Assembly (NCBI RefSeq): GCF_028641065.1
Contig: NW_026576641.1
Location: 248,001 to 285,603, forward strand
Origin: Leucoraja erinacea
Taxonomy: Eukaryota
Direction: 5' to 3'
DNA length: 37,603 nucleotides
Shown here: positions 22,400 to 31,350 of the stretch, one piece after another
Layout: every line of letters begins with the position of its first letter
Numbering within the stretch: the first letter of the stretch is position 1
Position numbers and translations under genes: made by a program
The notes under the pieces: generated by a model
Told to the model about the DNA's origin: nothing
Databases searched by the model: none
Seen by the model: the letters and a program-made list of their open reading frames with translations, nothing else

Positions 22400-22865
22400 T
22401 AGTTCGATCCTAACCACGGGTGCTGTCTGTGTGGAGTTTGCACGTTCACTCGCGTTCTCTGGGTCCTCCCATTCTTAGATCTAGAAATAGTGCACTGAAA
22501 AGCTCTCGGTAGAGCATCACTCAACACTGGAACATTTTTAGCCTAACATTTTTTGGAGTGTGGGGGGAAACCAAAGATCTCGGAGAAAACCCCATCAGAT
22601 CACGGGGAGAAGGTACAAACTCCATACAGTAGTCGGGATCGAACCCGGGTCTCTAGCGCTGCATTCGCTGTGAGGCAGCAAGTCTACCGCTGCACTAACC
22701 GTGACTGCCCTTGCTCTTGCCCTTGCCCGTGATTTTCTCCCAAAGACATGTAGGTTTGCGGGTTAATTGGCTTCTGTTAAAAAAAATGCCCCGAGTTTGT
22801 AGGACAGAACTACTGTACGGGTGATTGCTGGTCGGCACGGACTCGGTGGACCGAAGGGCCTGTGA
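22400..22865. mobile_element. Nested V-SINE fragments in both orientations (others at 465-530, 10250-10372, 24845-25008, 33040-33225)
   Basis: B boxes GTTCGATCC (+ 22402; - 22616-22626) and V-domain motifs. Confidence 0.75.
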
Positions 22866-22965
22866 GTGAGATTGGGATTGGGAGTGGGTTCCTGCAGACC
22901 CACCACCCCAGATGAATGTTAGAGGTAGCGTGAGGCCTGGCTCCACTCTGCTTCGCCAAGTAAAG

Positions 22966-23442
22966 TAGGTTTACCAGGTTAATTCCCGGGATATGCTGAG
23001 AGAATGGAGCGGCTGGGCTTGTACACTCTGGAGTTTAGGAGGATGAGAGGGGATCTTATTGAGCCATATATGATTATTAAGGGTTTGGACACACTAGAGG
23101 CAGGAAACGTGTTCCCGATGTTGGGGGAGAACCAGGGACCACACATAGTTTAAGAATAAGGGGTAAGCCATTTGGAACGGAGATGAGGAAACACTTTTTC
23201 TCACAGAAAGTTGTGAGTCTGTGGAATTCTCTGCCTCAGAGGGCGGTGGAGGCCGGTTCTCTGGATACTTTCAAGAGAGAGTTAGATAGGGCTCTTAAAG
23301 ATAGTGGAGTCAGGGGATATTGGGAGAAGGCAGGAACGGGGTACTGATTGGGGATGATCAGCCATGATCACATTGAATGGCGGTGCTGGCTCGAAGGGCC
23401 GAATGGCCTACTCCTGCACCTATTGTCTGTTGTCTATTGTCT
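22966..23442 (+). mobile_element. 5'-truncated CR1 LINE
   Basis: RT C-terminus, 3' UTR, (TATTGTC)n tail. Confidence 0.92.
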
Positions 23443-23777
23443 AAAGTAAACTAGAGGTTTTGAGATGGATTCGGGGTGAGCCATATTCGGGTCTCATTCT
23501 ACCTCTAAGTTTCATTCTGGCGGGTGGGTTCCTACAGGAATCCCTCCCCCCAATCTTACTCACACCCTAGTATATGCAAAGCGAGGTATGTGCGGAGGGA
23601 GGGGTGAGGTGGGGCAACGGCCAGAGAATACTGTACTCCCACGCTAGCCACAGGCAAGCGCTTAGTGTACATGTTACTGCTTGGAGTCACCATGGAAACC
23701 CGTGTCTCCGCCCAGCTCCCCTTAACCCATTAGTTTCCACATAGAAATACAGTGCAATAGGTACTTCAGTTGCAGAA

Positions 23778-24022
23778 ACAAAGAACTGAAAATGCTGCTG
23801 GTTTAAACCGAACATAGACACAAAGTTAGACGCAAAAAGCTGGAGTGACTCAGCGGGGCAGGCAGAGAGAAGGAATGGGTGGCGTTTCGGGTTGAGACCC
23901 TTTTTCGGACCCGAAACGTCACCAATTCCTCTCCAGGCATGCTGCCTGTCCTGCTCAGAGTTACTCCAGCACTTTGTGCCTGTCTGTGATGCAAACCGGC
24001 ATCTGCAGTTCCTTCCCACACA
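23778..24022. mobile_element. Degenerate inverted Penelope pLTR pair (other single remnants at 19637-19730, 24145-24242, 33595-33688, 35505-35545)
   Basis: CGTTTCGGGTTGAGACCC-TTTTTC-GGACCCGAAACGTCACC centre with flanking inverted arms. Confidence 0.75.
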
Positions 24023-24290
24023 TAAACCCAATGAACCACTGGTTGAATCCTTACCTCTGGTGCTGTCATCGTGGTGTTTGCACGTTCTCCCTGTCATCAT
24101 GTTGGCCCCCCCCCCCCCCCCCCCCCCCCCTTATTAGAAATAAAGGGACTGCAAATGCTGGTTAACGTAAAAAGATACAAAGTGCTGGAGTAACAGCAGG
24201 CCAGGCAGCAACTCTGGTGAACATGGTTAAGTGACGTTTTGGGCAAGTGGCAGGTGGATACAGGAGAGAGGGGGGGGTTCATTAACAGGT

Positions 24291-24502
24291 ACACAAAATG
24301 TTGGAGAAACTCAGCGGGTGCAGCAGCATCTATGGAGCAAAGGAAATAGGCAACGTTTCGGGCCGGGACCCTTCTTCAGACTTTCGGCCCGAAAAGTTGC
24401 CTATATCCTTCGCTCCATAGATGCTGCTGCACCCGGTTAGTTTCTCCAGCACTTTTGTCTATCTTCGATTTTCCAGCATCTGCAGTTCCTTCTTAAAAAA
24501 AA
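24291..24502. mobile_element. ORF-less inverted Penelope pLTR pair with 12-bp TSD
   Basis: Arms ~24291-24365 and ~24385-24460 are reverse complements. TCATTAACAGGT occurs at 24279-24290 and 24503-24514; short A tract at the 3' end. Confidence 0.85.
24349..24381 (-). ncRNA. Minimal hammerhead motif, intact core
   Basis: Minus strand GT-CTGAAGA-A-GGGT(CCCG)GCCC-GAAA-C-GTT-GCC. Confidence 0.7.
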
Positions 24503-24534
24503 TCATTAACAGGTGTATGGGCAAAAGTAGATAG

Positions 24535-26755
24535 GGATTCCACAGACTCACAACTCTCTGTGTGAAAAAGTGTTCCCTCATCTCCGTTCTAAATGGCTTA
24601 CCCCTTATTCTTAAACTGTGGCCCCCGGTTCTGGACTCCCCCAACATCGGGAACATGTTTCCTGCCTCTAGCCTGTCCAAACCATTAATAATCCTACATG
24701 TTTTAAGAAGAACCCCTCTCATCCTTCTAAACTCCAGAGTGTACAAGCCCAGCCGCTCCATTCTCTCAGCATTTGGCATTCCCGCCATCCTTGTGAACCT
24801 ACGCTGCACTCCCTCAATAGCAAGAACGTCGTTTCTCAATCCTGTCTGTGGCTGCTGTCTGTGTGGAGTGTGCACGTCGTTTTTGTGACCATGTGGGTTT
24901 TCCCCGGGCGCTCCAGATTCCTGCCACATTCCAAAAGACGTATAGGTTTGCAGGTTAAGTGCCTTGTGCAAATTGTCCCTAGTGTTTAGGGTAGCGTTAG
25001 TGTACGGGGATTGTCACCTTGTCTGTGGATTGTCACCTTGTTCGTGGTGGAGAACCTTGTGTGGTCCTGAGATCCTGAGAGCGATGCCGTCTGGAGCTAT
25101 CGATGCTCCTGGTAGGGCCACCCATGGCAGTAAGGTCGAGTGGGAGGTCTCTGACAAAGAGCAATCCAACCAAGACCTCAACGGTGGAACAGGCGGAGGA
25201 CGATGGCTGACCTTAGTGGAGCGTCACAGTCACAGCAGGCAGTTTCTGCTATCAGGTCTCATCTCATGCCGACCTCACTCCCGCCATCTCCTGTCGAGGC
25301 CGTTGCGGTTCCCCAGTTCGACACAGGCGACCTCAAGAGGGGGACACTTATCAGCCATGACCCGTCAAACTCGGGTGATGCTAAGTGGACTCGTGGGCCG
25401 GGGTCCGGCCTGGGGTTGGTGAGATTTCAGCACACTGCTGGGTTGAGTCATTGTCTTTTTTAAATTTCTTTATTTGACTGTACATCAGAGCAGGCAGTTT
25501 CTGCTATCAGGTCTCATCTCATGCCGACCTCACTCCCGCCATCTCCGGCCTTGCGGTTCCCAGTTCGACACAGGCCTCAAGAAGGGGGACTACATGCGCC
25601 CCGTCAAACTCGGGGTGCTAAGTGCATGTGGTGGTGGGGTTGGGTGGTTGAGGGGTGGGTGTGAATCTTCAACTCTGGACAGAGTGATACAATGAGCAGC
25701 CATTTCACAACTGAGGAATGGTCAAGTATTAGAGGGGCGGTTGCATTGGGGGGTTCTCTAGGGAAGGGAGAGGTACCTGTGGATACATTCGTTTTAAAAG
25801 GAGGAGAGGCTGTGAAGTGCACAAAATGGCACAAAGGTTCTGGACTCCCCAAACATCGGGAACACGTTTCCTGCCTCTATCATGCCCAGACCCTTAATAA
25901 TCTTAAGACACAAAGCCCATTTCTTGTCTATCTTTCATTTATTTATCCTTTATCTCTCTACATCACTGACTCTATCTCGAAAATAGGTGCAGGAGTCGAC
26001 CATTCGGCCCTTCGAGCCAGTACCGCCATTCAATGTGATCATGGCTGATCATCCACAATCAGTACCCTGTTCCTGCCTTCTCCCCACATCCCCTGACTCC
26101 GCTATCTTTAAGAGCCCTATCTAGCTCTCTCTTGAAAGCACCCAGAGAACCGGCCTCCACCGCCCTCTGAGGCAGAGAATTCCACAGACTCACAACTCTC
26201 TGTGAGAAAAAGTGTTTCCTCGTCTCCGTTCTAAATGGCTTACCCCTTATTCTTAAACTGTGGCCCCAAATGTTTGTGATTGTGAGAATGCCAGGGTTCT
26301 GTGCATTGGGGAGAAGGGGCAGAGGACAGAGAGGGGGTTCTCCCCCTCCCAAACTACTCATTCACCCCCTCCGGCAACTCTTCCCCAACATCGGGAACAT
26401 GTTTCCTGCCTCTAGCGTGTCCAATCCCTTAATAATCTTATATGTTTCAACAAGATTTCCACTCATCCTTCTAAACTCAGAGTGTACAAGCCCAGTCATT
26501 CCATTCTTTCAACATATGACAGTCCCGCCATCCCGGGAATTAACCTGGTGAACCTACGCTGCACTCCCTCAATAGCAAGAATGTCCTTCCTCAAATTAGG
26601 GGACCAAAACTGCACACAATACTCCAGGTGTGGTCTCACTAGGACCCTGTACAACTGCAGAAGGATCTCTTTGCTCCTATACTCAACTCCTCTTGTTATA
26701 AAGGCCAACATGCTATTCGCTTTCTTTACTGCCTGCTGTACCTGCATGCTTACTT
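24535..26755 (-). mobile_element. CR1 fragments (24535-24840, 25835-25905, 25980-26270, 26380-26755), interspersed with other sequence
   Basis: CR1 RT and 3' UTR motifs on minus. Confidence 0.85.
25008..25234 (+). mobile_element. Second, 3'-truncated copy of the RTE-type element
   Basis: Near-identical to 32232-32437; the first ~15 nt (GGATTGTCACCTTGT) are tandemly duplicated. Confidence 0.75.
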
Positions 26756-27020
26756 GGTTGTGTGGGACGAGGAGGTGTTCAGGTGGAATGTGTGTATCGT
26801 GGGGAGTTCAATGGGTTACTGTGGGGGGAATGAGGGTGTTAGTGTGTAGAATAAGGGATTGGGGAGGTGTTATTCTGGCATTAGCTGCACGGGCATCACA
26901 GGAACCCACAACATAAACCTGGTCTGAATCCCGTATCAGTGCTGGGATCAGTCTCCACCTTGTCGAGGATGCAAATTTCCATTCATCAAACCACCTCCCA
27001 CGGTACCCAGACGTGGGATC

Positions 27021-27571
27021 GACGGGCGACAAGCCGAAGCAAAGAAGTCAAAGCTAAATAGCCGAATGGAAGCTAAGCCGAAACGCCAAATAACCGAAAG
27101 CATACAAATCCAAAAAGCCAACTAACACAAAGGGCGGGACGCCTAACAGCCATCTAACCGAAAGGCTGTGTCACCTAAAAGCAAACTCACCGAATGGCCG
27201 AAAAGTCAAATAACGGACATGATGTCTTCGGCCAGGGGGCCGGACTTGTCAGCGATTTATCCAGACCCCCGTGTCCATCATATCACTGGCTGGTGGAGAC
27301 TGGAGGGTGGAGGTCATTTTCCCACACAAGCCGTTATTTGACTTTTCGACAGAACGGCCATTTCGACAGAACGGTGAGTTGGCTTTTAGGTGATGCAGCC
27401 TTTCTGTTAGTTGGCTTTTCGGCGTCCCGTCCTTTCTGTTAGTTGGCTTTTCGGCGTCCCGTCCTTTCTGTTAGTTGGCTTTTTGGTGTCCCGTCCTTTC
27501 TGTTAGTTGGCTTTTCGGCTTTGTTTCCATTCGGTTATTTGGCTTTGACTTCTTTGCTTCAGCTTCCCGTC
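27021..27571. mobile_element. Fold-back / long-TIR non-autonomous DNA element
   Basis: Arm 27021-27216 is the diverged reverse complement of 27331-27571; the right arm holds a 32-bp tandem unit starting at 27399, 27431, 27463 and 27495. Confidence 0.75.
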
Positions 27572-28274
27572 CTTCGAAGCCACGTCCGCACATGCCTCCC
27601 ACCCCCCCTCTGCTCGCCTGCCCGCCCCACACCAGTCTCCCGGAACAGAGCCTTGTCCAGAAGCCATCTCTCTCTCTCTCTCCGAGGAAGAGGCCAGATG
27701 ACGGACTTTTAAGTCCAGGTATTGTCCAGAGATTCCTGGAAGGACATCGGAGGCAATGTCCCGTCGAATACCAGGAATCACGGCCCATTCCGGAGTTGGG
27801 GCACTCCTGCGTGGCCACAGAGTCGCACAGCAGGGTACACGGGCCATTCTGCCCATCGTGTCCATGCCGGCCGTCGATCAGTGGTTGTGAGAATGCCGGG
27901 GTTCTGTGCATCGGGGAGAAGTCGCGGAGAACAGAGAGGTAGGTCTGCTCCCTCCCAAACTATGCACACTCGCCCCCTCCGGCAACCCTTCGGCCAAGTT
28001 CCAAGTCCCACGTTGGCCTTGTCAGTTGCCCACCCCACCCCCTTCCAGAATTCCGGAGAGGAGGTAATCCGTCTGCCCATCCAAACCAATATCTCCCTCG
28101 CCCCAGTCCACAATAAATAAACTGGCCCTTCGGCCCATCGCCTTGGTCCACTCCTTGGATAGTTGGTGGAGAGGAGAATATCCACAAGGGAGGAGATGCA
28201 GAGAAGACCTCCCCCCCCTCCCTGCCCCTTGTCCTGGGTCCGTTTCTCCCTTCAGGTCAGCAAGTGCAAAATTA

Positions 28275-28985
28275 GGAAGGGGGGGGGAGAGAGGGGGGGG
28301 GGGGGGGAAGAGGGGTGGGCGAGAGGGGGGGGGGTGAGAGAGGGGGGGTGAGGGGGGNNNNNNNNNNNNNNNNNNNNNNNNNNNNNNNNNNNNNNNNNNN
28401 NNNNNNNNNNNNNNNNNNNNNNNNNNNNNNNNNNNNNNNNNNNNNNNNNNNNNNNNNNNNNNNNNNNNNNNNNNNNNNNNNNNNNNNNNNNNNNNNNNNN
28501 NNNNNNNNNNNNNNNNNNNNNNNNNNNNNNNACGAGAGAGAGAGGGGGGGGAGAGAGGGGGGGGGAGAGGAGAGAGGGGGGGAGAGAGGGGGGGGNNNNN
28601 NNNNNNNNNNNNNNNNNNNNNNNNNNNNNNNNNNNNNNNNNNNNNNNNNNNNNNNNNNNNNNNNNNNNNNNNNNNNNNNNNNNNNNNNNNNNNNNNNNNN
28701 NNNNNNNNNNNNNNNNNNNNNNNNNNNNNNNNNNNNNNNNNNNNNNNNNNNNNNNNNNNNNNNNNNNNNNNNNNNNNNNNNNNNNNNNNNNNNNNNNNNN
28801 NNNNNNNNNNNNNNNNNNNNNNNNNNNNNNNNNNNNNNNNNNNNNNNNNNNNNNNNNNNNNNNNNNNNNNNNNNNGGGAGAGGGGGGAGGAGAGAGGGGG
28901 GGATAGAGAGGGGGAGAGAGGGGGGGGAGAGAGGGGCGGTTGGGGGGAGAGAGAGGGGGGGAGGGGTGGGAGGAGAGGGGGGTAA
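28275..28985 (+). repeat. Poly-purine G-rich low-complexity tract with two N-gaps
   Basis: G5-G14 runs alternating with AG. Confidence 0.9.
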
Positions 28986-29109
28986 ATAGTCCACGAACTG
29001 GGATGTGGAGGGTTTGCCATGCAGAAGGATGGAGGGGTCGGTGGGCGATGGTGTCCGGGGTGAGGGGGGGGAGGACAAGTCCACGAGTCCACCCCCCCCC
29101 CACCCCCGA

Positions 29110-29295
29110 CTACGCCAGGCCGTTGAGCTGCTTGGTGCCGGCCAACTTGCGGTAGAATTCGGAGCGCAGGAAGCGGGGGTAGGAATCCGTCTCCATCAGG
29201 CTGAAGATCCGCTTCTGCGCCAGGTCGAAGGTGGAGCGGGTGGGGGCCAGAACGCCGCTCGATGTCGCTTCCCGCGTGCGTGAGTCGAGGTTGAC
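29110..29295 (-). CDS. R4-family RGS gene, last coding exon
   Basis: Acceptor CCCCTCACCAG. Reads [61 protein letters not shown] then TAG; canonical VNLD and DSYPRFL motifs. Confidence 0.97.
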   Translation of the reverse strand, partial: VNLDSRTREATSSGVLAPTRSTFDLAQKRIFSLMETDSYPRFLRSEFYRKLAGTKQLNGLA

Positions 29296-29382
29296 CTGGT
29301 GAGGGGACGGGGGGGGAGAGGGGGGCGAGAGGTGGAGAGGGTCAGCCTCACAGGAACAAAAAAAGTCCATAGACATAGACAA

Positions 29383-29557
29383 TAGTGCTGGAGAAACTCA
29401 GCAGGTGCAGCAGCATCTAGGGAGCGAAGGAAATAGGCGACGTTTCGGCCCAAAACGTTGCCTATTTCCTTCACTCCATAGATGCTGCCGCACCCGCTGA
29501 GTTTCTCCAGCACTTTTGTCTACCTTCGATTTTCCAGCATCTGCAGTTCTTTCTTCA
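29383..29557. mobile_element. ORF-less inverted Penelope pLTR pair with 10-bp TSD in RGS last intron
   Basis: Palindrome centred on GACGTTTCGGCCCAAAACGTTG; ACATAGACAA at 29373-29382 and 29558-29567. Confidence 0.8.
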
Positions 29558-30178
29558 ACATAGACAAAAGACAATAGGTTCGAGCCAGCACCGCCATTCA
29601 ATGTGATCATGCCTGATCATCCCCAATCGGTACCCCATTCCTGCCTTCTCCCCATATCCCCTGACTGCGCTAACTTTAAGAGCCCTATGTAGCTCTCTCT
29701 TGAAAGCGTCCAGAGAAAGTAACCTACACTGCACTCCCTCAATAGCAACAATGTCATTTCTCAAATTAGGGGACCAAAACTGCACGCAATACTCCAGGTA
29801 TGGTCTCTCAAGGGCCCTGTACAACTGCAGAAGGACCTCTTTGCTCCTATACTCAACTCCTCGTTATAAAAGCCAACATGCCATTCACTTTCTTCACTGC
29901 CTGCTGTACCTGCATGCTTACTTTCATTGACTGATGAACAAGGACCCTCAGATCCCGTTGTACCTCCCCAACTTGACATCATTTAGATAATAATCTGCCT
30001 TCCTGTTTTTGCCACCAAAGTGGATAACCTCACATTTATCCGCATTAAACTGCATCTGCCATGCATCTGCCCACTCCCCCAACCTGTCCAAGTCACGCTG
30101 CATTCTCATAGCATCCTCCTCACAGTTCACACTGCCGCCCAGCTTTGTGTCATCTGCAAATTTGCTAATGTTACTTTA
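29558..30178 (-). mobile_element. Internally deleted CR1 in RGS intron
   Basis: KFADDTKL..WADAWQMQFNADKCEVIHFG; central deletion near 29718. Confidence 0.9.
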
Positions 30179-30309
30179 GCCCAATATACGGGATGTCCCA
30201 GCTATTCCGGGACTGTTCGCAACCCTAACTGAGCCCAACATGAAAGCCGGCTTCAGGGTACAGATTCCACACAGAACTCCCTCCTGCACCACCTTGCCCA
30301 CGAACCTAC

Positions 30310-30476
30310 CTCTCGTGGGGCGTGGATGGTGACAAACTCGGCAAAGATGTTCCTAGCCTTGGCTGCAAGTTTGCCCGCGGACTTGGTATTCCGGTAATCC
30401 TCACAAGCCTGCCAGAAGTCAATGTTCTCCTCGCTGAACTCGGTGTGCAGGAAGCCCTTGAATGCAATCAGCCCGT
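30310..30476 (-). CDS. R4-family RGS gene, central RGS-domain exon (167 nt)
   Basis: Acceptor CCCTTTCTCTGCAG, donor GTAGGT. Reads (Y)GLIAFKGFLHTEFSEENIDFWQACEDYRNTKSAGKLAAKARNIFAEFVTIHAPRE with the EFSEENIxFW motif; phase 1/0. Confidence 0.97.
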
Positions 30477-30499
30477 CTGCAGAGAAAGGGGTAAATCGT

Positions 30500-31075
30500 A
30501 GAATGAATGAATAAGTTTATTGGCCAAGTATTCACATACAAGGAATTTGCCTTGGTGCTCCGCCCGCAAGTGACAACATGACATACAGTAGACACGAATG
30601 ACGCATAAAACATTAAACATTAATAATAAAACATTATCGATTAAACATGTGAATTAAATAAAATACCAGGTCAAAAGGATTTATTGAGTAGAGCAACTAC
30701 TCGTGGATAAAAACTGTTTTTATGTCTGGCTGTGGCAGCTTTGACAGTCCGGAGTCGCCTTCCAGAGGGAAGTGATTCAAAGAGTTTGTGGGCAGGGTGA
30801 GAGGGGTCAGAGATGATCTTGCCCGCTCGCTTCCTGGCCCTTGTAGTGTACAGTTCATCAATGGAGGGAAGGTTGCAGCCAATAATCTTCTCTGCTGATC
30901 GGACAATTCGCTGCAGCCTCCAGGTGTCGTGCTTGGTGGCTGAGCCAAACCAGACCATGATGGCGAAGGCGAGGACAGACTCTACGATGGCCGTGTATTT
31001 GACCATCATTGCCTGTGGCAGATTGTGCTTCCTCAGCTGCTGCAGAAAGTACATCCTCTGTTGGGCCTTTTTGAA
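30500..31075 (-). mobile_element. Rex1/Babar LINE 3' fragment with (ATTC)n tail
   Basis: KKAQQRMYFLQQLRK..YTAIVESVL..VWFG..LQRIVRSAEKIIG..DPSHPAHKLFESLPSGRR..NSFYP. Confidence 0.92.
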
Positions 31076-31080
31076 GTGTG

Positions 31081-31350
31081 ACACGGTGGTGCTGCCTTAC
31101 AGCCCTGGTTCGATCCTGACTGCGGGTGCTGTCGGCACAGAGTTTGTGCGTTCTCCCCGTCACCTGCGTGGGTTTTCTCTGAGATCTACGGTTTACTCCC
31201 ACACTCCAAAGACGTACAGGTTTGTAAGTCAATTGGCTTTGGTATAAATGTACATTTCCCCTACTTGTGTTGATGTGCCATGATCGCTGGTCGGTGCGGA
31301 CTCACTCGGTGGGCCGAAGGGCCTATTTCTGCGCTGTAACTCTGGACTAA
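31081..31350 (+). mobile_element. tRNA-derived V-SINE (HE1-like)
   Basis: GGTTCGATCC B box, V-domain, GGGCCGAAGGGCCT tail. Confidence 0.82.

Noticed and set aside
26965-27020. EDANFHSSNHLPRYPDVG as PTGES exon 2
   Set aside because: Lacks AFANP and ERC, spacing is off by one, and there are no suitable splice sites.
27399-27520. 32-bp repeats as a CRISPR array
   Set aside because: Head-to-tail tandem units with no spacers, inside an inverted arm in eukaryotic DNA.
28022-29103. Long Pro-rich and Gly-rich ORFs (also 36000-37058)
   Set aside because: Translations of low-complexity tracts and N-gaps; only the splice-bounded RGS exons are supported.
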